The notes under the pieces: model-generated
What the model saw: only the letters and a program-made list of their open reading frames with translations
Databases searched by the model: none
What the model was told of the DNA's origin: nothing
Source: Eledone cirrhosa
Taxonomy: Eukaryota
DNA length: 64,000 bases
Assembly (NCBI GenBank): GCA_964016885.1
Contig: OZ024753.1
Span: 37,076,001 to 37,140,000 of the forward strand
Reading direction: 5' to 3'
In this document: positions 1 to 13,749 of the stretch, piece by piece
Position numbering within the stretch: position 1 is the stretch's first letter
Layout: every line of letters starts with the position of its first letter
Program-made: the position numbers and the translations under genes

Positions 1-277
1 ATCTACCTATCTATTCATCCATCCATCCAATCTACTAATTACCCCATTCGCTATCTAATTATCTATATATCTTACACAGTAGGTATATTTATTACGACTT
101 CATTGCTTCAAAATTTCTCGAAACAACGTCTTTTATAATCTCTGCAGTATACAGACCAACTAATTATTGACACTACCCTCAAGAACATCGCATACAAAGG
201 TGAAACGCAATTTAACTCTAATGTAATTTCAATGATGCCCTCACACGAGGTTCTATGTGTATGAATCTCTCTCTCTC

Positions 278-326
<49 letters not shown>

Positions 327-698
327 GGGGGTAAAAACCGGGAGGTTATATCCTTTTGAGAAGCAAACTTAGTAAAGAGTTCAAAGATTTCAAGAAAAAT
401 ATTTCAGGAGGTTTCTTATGAACTGTATTTTCTTAATCTGAGGGTGCACCATCGAAAAGTAGGAGGGTAGACCCACCCAATAATCACCCCTTCCTGGTGA
501 CTTGCGCGTCTTGAGGATCGAACTCAAAACTATTAGACTTGATAGTACAACGCTATCAACTCAGCTATTCCACTTGTAAAACAAACAATATATTGTCATA
601 TACGCATTTATAATATCTAAAAGGACAACTGTTTCCATCTTAGTACGAACCAATCTCTCTCTCTATATATATATACATACATACATACATACATACAT

Positions 699-783
<85 letters not shown>

Positions 784-914
784 CCTATATATATATATAC
801 ACACACATTTACATATATATATGTATAGAAACATATACATATATACATGTATATATACATATCTATGTATACACATACACGCACATATATATGTATGTAT
901 ATATACATACATAC

Positions 915-992
<78 letters not shown>

Positions 993-1384
993 ATATACAT
1001 ACATATATACACAGAAATATATATATATATATATATCTTGCACAAAGAACACTGCTTGCTCTTTCGTCGGTTTTGCATAAAAATGGAACCAGTGTATTTT
1101 CGTATCGGTGTTTCGTTTGAAAGCCAAAGTACTAGGAAGTATTGAGGTAGGTTCTAGAAGCTAACATCCGGTGTCCCATGACGTTAACAACACTACTTGT
1201 TGATATTTACTCACAAGTGTGTATAGCAGAGATATAGAAGCTCTATTGATATTAACAATTGTAAGTAAGATTTACTACGCTGTCTAAATGTAAATCTGCG
1301 CCAGTTGTGTCTTGTCTGTGTGTTTTGTATGTATGTTAGGTGTGCAAACACACATAGAATCACACATCCACTTACAAACACACC

Positions 1385-1489
<105 letters not shown>

Positions 1490-1698
1490 TAGAAATAGAA
1501 GCTTTCGCCGTATTTTTTTTACTGAAGAAGTTTTAGCCTGATAGTGGGGTTTAGAACCCTCTAAGAAATGGAAAAAGATTAGTATTGACGTACGCACACA
1601 CACACTGAGATCCCAACATACACATAGATTCATACACCACTTCCCCAGATTTCCACAACCACAGATGCGGAAATATGAACTCACATTTGGACGAACCT

Positions 1699-1732
<34 letters not shown>

Positions 1733-1925
1733 GCATTTAAATATAGCCACGGATGCATTTATCAGACACACAACCATTCTCACATCCAAACATTTATACT
1801 CACACATACATACGACCACAACCACTCACACATGCACACGTATGTCAGTGTATTTCCGTATTTTGGCCTTTGCGGAAGAGGAAGTTGTATAGATAACGAT
1901 TTCTTTCATTAAAAAAAAAGTATAG

Positions 1926-1979
<54 letters not shown>

Positions 1980-2564
1980 AGCAACTGTTTCCTAAAGGAT
2001 AAGTTTACTCTGTTGTTTAGAGAGGCGATCAAAAACTACATTTTCAAAGAACTGAAAGAAGAGAGAGAGAGAGAGAGAACAAAATATGGTACTTTCTGAT
2101 AAGTGGCAAATATTTAAGATATTCTTGCGTTTCTTTTCACTCATTATTTAAACTATGGATAGTGGGAGGACAAATAAGACCAGAAGACCAAAATATTTTA
2201 ATGTTAGCACTGACAGGGGGGGGGGGGGGGGGCAGAATCTGTAGGAGGCTGAAGAGTTTGAAGAGAAAGTTTCTTTGCAGTATTTAGATATAGTTATGTT
2301 CTTAGTTTAAACCCAGTCTGGATTGAACCAGGAATTTGGTTCTCGATCGGTTTACACGCCAGTACTGACTGAGGGCAATGCAGAGTAGAATCACTTGGAG
2401 GCTGGCTGGCTAGTGAGAAAGCCTCCTTGCAGATATTTAGTTACAATTCGCTACAACCCTTTATGTTCCAAGTTCAAATCCGGTACAAGTTAACCCTTTC
2501 ATTACAATATTTCAATATTTCTAATGAAAAATACTTCTGTGCTTCAAATAATTTTGAAAATAAT

Positions 2565-2775
2565 GGTTTCTGATTTAGGCACAAAGTTAACAATTTTGCA
2601 GGGGAGGGGAAAGTCAATTAGATCAATCCCAGGGTATTACTGGTACTTTATTTTATCGACCCCGTAAGGACGGAAGGTAAAGCTAACTTCTGTGGGGTTT
2701 GAACACAGAACATAAAGGGCTATAAAGTGTACGCTGCAAAGCATTTTGTCCGACGCTCTACCGATACTGCCAATC
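2565..2775 (-). mobile_element. SINE-A copy
   Basis: Matches the SINE-A consensus on the reverse strand. Confidence 0.8.
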
Positions 2776-3410
2776 TTTGAAAATAAGGAAAAAAATTTGA
2801 ATATATTTTGTAAGTAATATAACTAACTTTCTGAATATTAAGTTGGTGTTTAGAACATAACTTAATATAGGTGAGTACGAGAAATTATGATGGAATGTTT
2901 CTAGATAAATATAAACATTTTAAAACATACTGCCCTGTAATGTAGAAACGGGGAAGGTTTGAGACGGTTTGAAGTCACATCTGGCTGTCTCTTGTGATAG
3001 AATCAGGCATATGTATAAAGTTTATGTCCGTTTGGGTTGTTGGGTTGTATTAGGAGGTAGGCTCGGGTAGAATATTTGTGTGATAGGCTACCAGATGTTT
3101 ATGTGCATGTCATTTTGTGTATCTATGGTTGATAGTGAGTGAATGTGTATGCGCATGTGTATTTGCAATTACTGGGAAGTATGTGTTTTAAGTGGTAGTA
3201 GTTTATATATAAAAATGGAATTAACATATTGGTAATTCTTTATCAGTGGTAGGGGATCTTAACAGATGTATGGGGAGGGGCTGTATTTCTTTTGGTGTGT
3301 TTACTTTTTATTCAGGATTTTAAAGAAATAATAAGGAAAGACAAAAAATCCTTAATAAAAACGACCAAACTGGTGCACTCTCGTATTTTCAATATCTGTC
3401 TGTCTCGAGC

Positions 3411-3592
3411 TCGTGGCTTAGTAGTTAGAGAGTTGGATTCCTAATCGTGGGGTTGCGAGTTCATTGGGTCCTTGATCAAGACACTTTATTTCATGTTGCT
3501 CTTTCTGCCAGGATAGTATTGCGACCAGTAGATAGTATCGGAATGGAAAGACCAATAGAAACATTGTTTCCTTGGTCCGATTTGACGAGGTC
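3411..3592 (+). mobile_element. SINE-B copy (diverged)
   Basis: Aligns with 23927-24137. Confidence 0.75.
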
Positions 3593-3639
3593 CACCCCAC
3601 TCGGCAAGCGAATGAGATCTGGGATATTGTCGATCGATC

Positions 3640-3692
<53 letters not shown>

Positions 3693-4366
3693 TGTTATAT
3701 TACACAGACTGTGTTTATATGTATAAAATGGAATAAATTAACATTTTGTAAAAGAATTAAAATGAAAATAAAGATTCTGTGCCAACCAAGGGCACTCGAA
3801 CACGGTTCAGTCAGTTTCAAGAACCCGACGAGACTTTGTAGAAAAATCCTTGGAGCCATCATTGTCGGTTGCACGCAACGAACCAGTAACATTATTAACT
3901 AACTACTTAGTCGTACTCTATTACTTCTGGTATTCTTCTATCGTTATTATTTATATAAATTACTAATTAATAAAAAGAAGTTGCTTCTATCTGATTTAAG
4001 ATTAACTCCAACTGTGGTCTGAGAGATTTACAGCTAATTTATTCTGTTCGACTGATGCTTGGTAGATATTGTTTGATGTAGCGAGGTGAGAGAATGTCAA
4101 ATGTTTTCTTTATTTTTCCTTTGCTTTTGAACAGATCTTGTCAAAACAAGGCAACATTTAGTAAGCCACTGAAGTAATAATAATTTAATAAAAATATAAG
4201 TGAGAAAAGAATCACATCGCACATATTACTAAATCTTCCCATATCTATCTATCTATTTATCTAGCTTAGCATACTATCTATGTATCTAGCTTAGCATACT
4301 ATCTATGTATCTAGCTATCTATCTACCCATTATATTTCATCTATCTATCATCTTTCACCAACCTAC

Positions 4367-4401
<35 letters not shown>

Positions 4402-4849
4402 TTTCCCTAAATGTTGGCTAAATCCAATAAGCTATCTTTTTAACAATAAAATGCCTGACTTCCTGCTGTTTCAGAATAAAGCAATTGCTGCGGCTTGTAT
4501 CTTTGTTGTTACTGTTTAGCTCAGGTCAACGATGTTTAGATAACTTTATGATGAAAGAAATTCCAGCGGCGACCATCTTAGGCATTTACGATTACATTAT
4601 TCGAATATGTGTTTTTCCACGACTGTAGGATGTGATTTGGGAGATTACCTACTATTTTCAGCACATCGAGAAACCACAGTCTATGATCATTGGTATGTCT
4701 GCATTTTTGTTGGTGTTTACAGTGGTAATCGGGAATTGGGTTTCTTACTCTTGGGTTTCGTACATAAAATTATGATAGAAAGTTTTGCATCGTAAAACGA
4801 AAGGCAGTTTTAGGCAGTTCATTATCAAAGGGTTAAGTGTTTCAGAAAT

Positions 4850-5291
4850 GCTGGGTTTAACGTTGTAGTATAGTGGTGTGGTTTCATAAGTGCTGGGTAT
4901 AGTATATAGGGGTGAGGTTTAAGGGTGTAAAAGTTGACCACTAGGTTTCAAAAGTGCTGGGTATAGTATATAGTGGTGAGGTTTAGGGGGGGGGGGGTTA
5001 TAGTTGAGCCCTAGGTTTCAAAAGTGGTGGGTTTAGTATATAGTGGTGTGGTTTAGAGGGGTAATAGTTGAGCCCTAGGTTTCAAAAGTGCTAGGTTTCA
5101 AAACGTATATAGCGGTGTGGTTTAGGGGGGTAATAGTTGAACAAGCTGTCACTAATAACAGGGGGCGCAAGCTATCCTATCGCGATGTCATCTCCAGAGA
5201 TTCTGGTATTGAAATCCAGGACTTGGCAACGGCAATGAGCGACAGACCCACGAGGAGATCAATTGTTGAGTCCATTTCGACTGAGGCCGCC

Positions 5292-5325
<34 letters not shown>

Positions 5326-5405
5326 TAGTTGAGCCCTAGGTATAGTTGTAGTATAGTGGCGTGGTTTAAAGGGTAATAGTTGAGTCGTAGGTTATAGAAG
5401 TGCTG
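4850..5405. repeat. Degenerate ~60-bp minisatellite (host of the LINE insertion)
   Basis: Unit tagtggtgtggtttagaggggtaatagttgagccctaggtttcaaaagtgctggg. Confidence 0.8.
5141..5323 (+). mobile_element. 5'-truncated non-LTR retrotransposon end with (TGA)n tail and 9-bp TSD
   Basis: Open frame ..GRKLSYRDVISRDSGIEIQDLATAMSDRPTRRSIVESISTEAAG* followed by (tga)n. AATAGTTGA is duplicated at 5132-5140 and 5324-5332. Confidence 0.75.
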
Positions 5406-6310
5406 GGAGTGTAGGGTAGAGTTGTCATGTGAGTGAAGCAGGATAGTTGATCGTTGATCAGGCGATGTAGAGAGATAATTTAGGTGTTATTATAGTTTAG
5501 CAAACAGAAACGGGGAGTCAGATAATCACGTGTTTATTTTAGTATGTGAATACACACACATACATACACAGACACAGATTCAAACAAACACACACACACA
5601 CACACACGTACATACAGATAACCACAGAAATGTACAGACAAACGTACACACAGAACAACACTCACACAAATGTACAGACACACACACATACGTACATACA
5701 GATATAGATAAATGTACAGACAAACGTACACACAGAACAACACACACACGTACATACAGACAGACACACGCACACACACATAGACACACACACACACACT
5801 TAAGTATAGACAGAAAGTCATCCAACATGTTTTCCCATTATCAGTGACAACATCAACTGGAGAGCCCTAGGCAACATGACAGCCTGTATGAGATAGACCG
5901 ATCTACTAGAAAGAGCAGTTAAACATCTCTCAAATCACACCCTACTGGCTTAACAAATAACACATTGGATAAAGTAGCTCTAGATTTCCTACAAATTCGA
6001 AAAAAGGTGTGATGGTCACGTTTGGAAATGCTGTGATCATATCTTAGGGTTAAACATCAAGCAATAGACATTCGTCGGTTTCGACGATGAGGGTTTCAGT
6101 CGTTCAGTCAACTGGATGACCTTCTTGTTAAATTAATTTGATTGTAGTTATGTATTTCAAAGCCCTTATTTTAGTATATGTACTTCAAGAACATAACACA
6201 TAGCCAGCCTGGCAATCGAATTCCCAACCTCATGATTGTGAATTCAACTCTATAACAACTAAGCCATGCGTCTTCACATTACAGGTCTTTATACTCCTTT
6301 ATATTGTTTC

Positions 6311-6511
6311 GGGCGGTAAAATGGCCGAGTCGTTAGAACGTCGGATAGAATGCTTTGCAGTATTCGTTCCGACTTTCTGCTGAGGCCAACTTTTTTTTCA
6401 TCCATTTAAGGTCGATAAAAAGTACCAGTCAAGTACTGGGTCGATTCTTCCTCTATATCTCTTTCTCATTTCCTTTCTTCCATTCTCTCTATCCTTCTCA
6501 GGAAGAAATCT
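6311..6511 (+). mobile_element. SINE-A-related copy with alternative pyrimidine-rich tail
   Basis: SINE-A-like head and core, then a tail shared with 23662-23815 and 47643-47800 (minus). Confidence 0.6.
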
Positions 6512-6955
6512 AAACTCAACCGAACTCAACATTGAAAAGTCTTGATATCATATTAATTTCGCTTATGTTGATAATAAATACCAAGAAGATATAACAATAA
6601 ATAAGCAGATAAGATAGACAAATAACACAAATAACAAAGGGTTCATTGAGTTAAGTAGGGGCTGGGGTAGTTATATAGAAGGTGGGGTGGTTATGTATGG
6701 GGTGGGGTGATTATGAAGGGGCTGGGTGGTTATGTATGGGGTGGGGTGATTATGAAGGGGCTGGGGTTAAAATCAACAAAATCAAAGGAAAGTTCAATGT
6801 CTGTTAAAATGGCCAGACTAAATAAAAACGGTTTGAAAATAAGATGCAGGATATCGGTAATTCTGGGATGAAAGAATCTGTCTATAATGTCAGCTGTGAG
6901 ATTGTTGAACCGATAATATATATATATATATATATATAATGCGTGTATGTATGTA

Positions 6956-7031
6956 CAGGGGTCCCCAAAAATGTATTCACACTTTGATTAGAATGTTGTT
7001 GTAGTGTGTATACATTGTTGGGGACACCCTG
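6956..7031. mobile_element. ~76-bp Tc1/mariner-type MITE, TA TSD
   Basis: TA-CAGGG(T)GTCCCCAAAAATGTAT..ATACATTGTTGGGGACACCCTG-TA. Confidence 0.8.
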
Positions 7032-7044
7032 TATATGTATGTGC

Positions 7045-7082
<38 letters not shown>

Positions 7083-7838
7083 GGCTTTTGAACCGATATA
7101 TTATATATATGTATATATGTGTGTGTGTATAAATAAACACACAAATATTTATACATATATACATATGTATATGTGTATTATGTATTTGACCATCCGATAT
7201 GTTGTTTAACGGTTTCTTTTTTTTCATCTCCCCTTTTCTTAAAAAAATATTTCACCTAATCCAAACACAGAAACGTTTAGAAGAATCTGTTCGTGTATTA
7301 TATATTAAACTAACTCCCACTCTTTACCTGCCACACTGTGCTCAGGATGTATACTCCTTCTTCAGCCCATATGTTAATTCTTTCTCTATCACATTCTCTT
7401 ACTATTCCCCCCCTCTCTATATATATGTATATATGTTGTCAAACGTGACATCGGAGCACCCAACCAACATATCGTCTATTTATTTGTTAAACAGAAGAGA
7501 AAGAGATGAAAAAAATGATGTTTGAAGTGTAAAACAGAGATAAAAACGAATCATGTGTATTGAATGAGGAAAAGGAGGAAAAAATTGGTGATATATAAAA
7601 TCACACACACACACTCACACAAACACACACGAATGCATGCACACGCACACACACACACACGAATGCATACTCACGCACACACACATCAACGCACATATAT
7701 ATATATGAACGCTCCGGAGCACACAAACATACAACGCACATGTAAGCAGAAACGCATAAACGCATATACATACACATATACATATGGCCAGACACACACC
7801 CATACACGAACGTACATGTAAGCAGATACGTGTACGCG

Positions 7839-7950
<112 letters not shown>

Positions 7951-8575
7951 CATAGATAGAAAGCGATTTACGATTGAGTGGTGAATATATATTTATAATA
8001 AACAAAGTATGATAGAGATGACACGCAAATACAAGCACTTGACACGCCATGTGTTGGCTTAAAAAACAAAGCTGTGTGTGTTTAAGTGTGTAGTTGTTGT
8101 AACTGTTGTTGTTATTGGCTAACCCCAGTTCAGTTGGGACTGTTTTGAAATATGATAAAACTAGGTTCAAGATATGGCCACCCATACTTTCGCTGAGATT
8201 ACATTATTCAATGAGTTTCCCACCCCCTTTTGAAGGCGATGTGTAATTTGAAGGAAGTTTATCTCCTATATTTAGCAATTTAGATGATCCCTCGAACGTG
8301 TTCGTCTCTAGTGAAGTGTATGTGTATGGTCAGGTGTATGGTGAGGTGTAAAGTACTATGAGAAAAGTTAGTCAACATATTTGACTTGTTATTGTCAGTT
8401 GCAGTTACATTAAAAACGTTCGTTGATTCCTCGTATATATGTAAAACTGCATAGTACCAATGATAGACCCTGGTCTCGCTAACTCACCCCCTCCCCCTCC
8501 TCAGCTATGCACACCAGAATACTTACCGGCTTTCCTTACCCAACTTGATAAAAAAATTTTTTTATTTTTCTGCAG

Positions 8576-8705
8576 ACTTCCAGCCTTCCTCTTTCTCCGA
8601 ACTTTGGAAGAGAGGAATGATTCTTCAAACAAAGAAATCTGGTCCGAAAGCTTGCGACAAAATGGACGCCGTTAACTGTTAGTTCCCAGCGTCTCTTCAA
8701 TATTG
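8576..8705 (+). other. Candidate non-coding (UTR/lncRNA) internal exon, 130 nt
   Basis: Strong acceptor tttttatttttctgcag and donor TTG|GTAAGT around unique, higher-complexity sequence. All three frames contain stops. Confidence 0.45.
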
Positions 8706-8859
8706 GTAAGTACATTTTAACTCTTAACCTCCCATAATAAAGCTTCTAGCTGTTTTACAGCTGCCCTTCATTCCTCTTTTCTTTTTCGTTTTCTTATGCA
8801 TAATCTGAATCGCATTGGCCGTCAATATTTGAAATTCTATTTGTATCTTATATTTTTCC

Positions 8860-9047
8860 CGGTGGATTGAAAGAATCGGTAGAGGGTCTGACGCCATGCT
8901 CTGCAGCAAAGAGTTACGGCCCTTTATGGTCTGAGTTCAAATCCCGCCGTGGTTAACTTTGTCTTTCATCCTTACGGGGTCGATAAAATAAAGTACCAGT
9001 AATACACAAGGATAATTGCTGGCCTTGTGCCAAAGTTAGAAACAATT
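8860..9047 (+). mobile_element. SINE-A (tRNA head plus Meta/MESC-like central domain)
   Basis: A-box-like head, GAGTTCAAATCCC B box, central tctttcatccttacggggtcgataaaataaagtaccag. Confidence 0.85.
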
Positions 9048-9495
9048 ATATTTTTCCCTTTTAAAAACGTATTTTATGACTTGTCTCACTAGCTCTATTT
9101 GATTATCAACTGTAGAGAGTACTCGATACTTCCCTTAGTCTGTCATGGCTTACTAGCTCTATACGGACGTTTAAATTGAATAAATAGATAAATAAATAAC
9201 AAAAGCAGAACATTCTTAAAAAATGGATTTGTTAATTCAAGTGTTTGTAGTACGTGTTCTACTGGATAAATTGTTGTGAATCTTCGCAATATTCAAGAAA
9301 TGACTTCAGCTTTTAATGTGATGCAGAATGTCTTGTAAAGGGGGTTTCATGTGGTACAGGACTTTAAGAGTTAATACACGTGTGTATGTGGGAATTTCTG
9401 AATGTATGTATAATTTCGTTGTGTAAATGTATCTACATTTTCTTTTGTGATTTAAAAGTATTGCCTTTAAAATAGTCACATTTATACACACAGAG

Positions 9496-9541
<46 letters not shown>

Positions 9542-9697
9542 ACATAGACACACAGACACACAGACACACAGACACACAGACAGGCAGACACGACACAGAG
9601 ACAGACAAGCACAGGCACATAGACAGACAGACACAGACAGTTACAGACAGACACACAGACAAACAGACACAGACAAACACACAGACACACACACATT

Positions 9698-9790
<93 letters not shown>

Positions 9791-10069
9791 TACAATTAAC
9801 TAGGTAGGTGTTCAGAAGAGGTCTGAAGACCTTAAGGAGATAGCTTGACAACCATAAAACTGAATGATTGATTGATTGGGGGGGTGGGTGTATGAGAAGG
9901 TGGTGGGTCAGAGGAGGGGGAGGGTCAGAGTAGGGTGGAGGGTTCATAGTAAGGGAGGTCAGAGGAGGAATGGGGGGTCGGAGAGGGGGAGGGGAGTCAG
10001 AGGAGGGGGAGGTGTTGAAGTGAAGATTACTCTTGAAATGATCAATGAAATAAAGACATGGCTGACGGC

Positions 10070-11755
10070 CATGACGATGGTGATGGTGGTGACGGTGGTG
10101 ATGGTGGTGATGGTGGTGATGATGGTGGTGATGGTGGTGACGGTGGTGATGGTGGTGATGGTGGTGATGGTGGTGATGATGGTGGTGATGGTGGTGATGA
10201 TGGTGGTGATGGTGGTGACGGTGGTGATGGTGGTGATGGTGGTGACGGTGACGATGGTGATGATGGTGGTGATGATGGTGGTGATGGTGGTGACGGTGGT
10301 GATGATGGTGGTGATGGTGGTGACGGTGGTGATGATGATGGTGGTGGTGATGGTGGTGATGGTGGTGACGGTGACGATGGTGATGATGGTGGTGATGATG
10401 GTGGTGATGGTGGTGACGGTGGTGATGATGGTGGTGATGGTGGTGGTGATGGTGGTGACGGTGGTGGTGATGGTGGTGATGGTGGTGACGGTGACGATGG
10501 TGATGATGGTGGTGATGATGGTGGTGATGGTGGTGATGATGGTGGTGATGGTGGTGACGGTGGTGATGGTGGTGATGGTGGTGACGGTGACGATGGTGAT
10601 GATGGTGGTGATGATGGTGGTGATGGTGGTGACGGTGGTGATGATGGTGGTGATGGTGGTGACGGTGGTGATGATGGTGGTGATGGTGGTGGTGATGGTG
10701 GTGATGGTGGTGACGGTGACGATGGTGATGATGGTGGTGATGATGGTGGTGATGGTGGTGACGGTGGTGATGATGGTGGTGACGGTGGTGATGATGGTGG
10801 TGATGGTGGTGGTGATGGTGGTGACGGTGGTGGTGATGGTGGTGATGGTGGTGACGGTGACGATGGTGATGATGGTGGTGATGGTGGTGACGGTGGTGAT
10901 GGTGGTGACGGTGACGATGGTGATGATGGTGGTGATGATGGTGGTGATGGTGGTGACGGTGGTGATGATGGTGGTGATGGTGGTGACGGTGGTGGTGATG
11001 GTGGTGATGGTGGTGACGGTGACGATGGTGATGATGGTGGTGATGATGGTGGTGATGGTGGTGACGGTGGTGATGATGGTGGTGATGGTGGTGACGGTGG
11101 TGATGATGGTGGTGATGGTGGTGGTGATGGTGGTGATGGTGGTGACGGTGGTGATGATGGTGGTGACGGTGGTGATGATGGTGGTGATGGTGGTGGTGAT
11201 GGTGGTGATGGTGGTGACGGTGGTGATGATGGTGGTGATGGTGGTGACGGTGGTGATGATGGTGGTGATGGTGGTGACGGTGGTGATGATGGTGGTGATG
11301 GTGGTGACGGTGGTGATGATGGTGGTGATGGTGGTGATGAGGTTGATAGTGAAGGCGACGGTGGCGGTGACGGTGACGATTGCGGTGATGATGATGATTG
11401 TGGTTACGGTGATGATGGTGTTAGTAGCGATGGTGATGACGACGATGTCGTTGGTGGTGACGATGACGATGACGATGAGGTTGATAGCTATAGTGACGAT
11501 AGCGGTGATGACGATGATGATGATTAATGGTGATGATGGTGGTGATGGTGGTGATGGTGGTGATGGTGGTGGTAGTGATGATGGTGGTAGTGATGATGGT
11601 GGTGAAGGTGATGATGATGATGGTGGTGGTGGTGGTGGTGACGATGATTAATCGTGATGGTGATGATGGTGGTGGTGGTGGTGGTGACGATAATTAATGG
11701 TGATGGTGATGATGGTGGTGGTGGTGGTGGTGGTGGTGACGATGATTAATGGTGA
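10070..11755. repeat. Cryptic GGT/GAT/GAC trinucleotide array
   Basis: About 1.7 kb of interspersed ggt, gat and gac triplets. Confidence 0.95.
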
Positions 11756-12145
11756 TGCAGCTAATGGCTAAATTTAAAAGAAGGACAAGCGTTTTACCAA
11801 TATGCTGGTGGTGACAGAAGCTGGAGTAGAAGCATATTTTAACCAGGGACGGATGGACCTCCGTCGGTCTCGACGATGAGTGTTTCAGTTGTTTGATTAA
11901 CGGATCGGCTCGTAAAATTAAGGAGTACATGGCTGAGCATTCGAAATATATGTATGCCGATGACGTCATTTCTCAGGGAGATTCAGTGAGATACAAAGTG
12001 TGACAAGGCTGGCTCCTCAAATCACACTGGTTTTTAAATAGTTTCTGTCAACCCAATTCCATTCACAAGGCTTGAGTCGACCCCGAGGCTTTGGTAAATG
12101 AGCCTTGCACAAGATGCCACGCAGGAGAATTGAACCCTGGATATA

Positions 12146-12364
12146 AAAGGATCGATCGACTTTCGTCAATCGGACCGAGGAAACAATGTTTCCATCGGTC
12201 TTTCCAGTTGCTAGTACTATCTATCGGTCGCAACTCCAGGTAGAAGGAGAAACGTGAAATAAAATGTCTTGCTCAAGGACATAACGCATCGCCCGGTCCA
12301 GGACTCGAACTCACAACCTCAAGATTGTGAATCCAATTCTCTAACCACTCAGCCACACGCCTTC
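12146..12364 (-). mobile_element. SINE-B nested in an older SINE, 12-bp TSD
   Basis: ACCCTGGATATA at 12134-12145 and 12365-12376. The host SINE spans ~12030-12412. Confidence 0.85.
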
Positions 12365-12429
12365 ACCCTGGATATAGTGCCTGTAAATCGAACTTCTTAA
12401 CCATTCGGCTACGCTGTATTAATACACAG

Positions 12430-13570
12430 GAAAGTACACACACACGCGCACACACACGCACACGCACACGCACACGCACACGCACACGCACACGCACACG
12501 CAAGCACGCACAAACACGCACACACACACGCTCGCGCGCGCGCAAACACACAAATGCGCACACACAAAAACACGCACACACACAAACACATAAACACACA
12601 TGAACACACACATACACACACACTCAGGCGCCGCACACACAGGAAAGAGGTACAGAAACACACACTCAGACAGATAAACATACACACACACACACACGCA
12701 CGCACACGCAAACACGCACAAACACGCACACACACACACATAAACACACATGAACACACACATACACACACACACACGCGCGCGCAAACACACAAATGCG
12801 CACACACAAAAACACGCACACACACATAAACACACATGAACACACACATACACACACACTCAGGCGCCGCACACACAGGAAAGAGGTACACAAACACACA
12901 CTCAGACAGATGAACACACACACACACGCACGCACACGCAAACACGCACAAACACGCACACACACACACACATACACACACGCACGCAAACACACAAATA
13001 CGCACACACAAAAACACGCACACACACACAAACACATAAACACACACGAACACACACATACACACACACTCAGGCGCCGCACACACAGGAAAGAGGTACA
13101 CAAACACACACTCAGACAGATGAACACACACACACACGCACGCACACGCAAACACGCACAAACACGCACACGCACACACACACACACATACACACACGCA
13201 CGCAAACACACAAATACGCACACACAAAAACACGCACACACACACAAACACATAAACACACACGCACACACACATACACACACACACAGGCGCCGCACAC
13301 ACAGGAAAGAGGTACACAAACACACACTCAGACAGATGAACACACACACACACGCACGCACACGCAAACACGCACAAACACACACACACACACACACACG
13401 CGCGCGCGCAAACACACAAATACGCACACACAAAAACACGCACACACACACACAAACACATAAACACACACGCACACACACATACACACACACACACACA
13501 CAGGCGCCGCACACACAGGAAAGAGGTACACAAACACACACTCAGACAGACAGACAAACACACACACACA
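12430..13570. repeat. CA-rich minisatellite with ~210-237-bp units
   Basis: Anchor caggcgccgcacacacaggaaagaggtaca at ~12624, 12861, 13071, 13287 and 13501. Confidence 0.9.
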
Positions 13571-13749
13571 CAGATAGATAAACACACACGTTGACAGACA
13601 CACAGACAAAAAAAAAAAGCTGATTCCATCCAATCTGAGAAATATGAGCCGGCAGGTGATATAGACATGCCACCAACATTTTTATCAGTTTTATAATTCA
13701 TAACATTCTGACGGTAGCTATCTTTTGAAGCCCACCACTACGTTATAAA

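Noticed and set aside
4135-4160. 26-nt microexon (acag|..|gtaagc)
   Set aside because: Weak donor context and no supporting frame; such pairs are expected by chance.
6657-6770. G-rich repeat with G-quadruplex potential
   Set aside because: Short degenerate tandem repeat with no contextual evidence for function.
9876-11651. 591-aa (MVV-rich) and 489-aa (GD-rich) ORFs
   Set aside because: Translations of a GGT/GAT/GAC triplet array that cannot generate stops in these frames. No unique domain, signal peptide or convincing splice boundaries.
12363-13701. Cys/Val- and His/Thr-rich ORFs (and similar ORFs throughout the window)
   Set aside because: Translations of (CA)n, (TA)n and (GA)n microsatellites.
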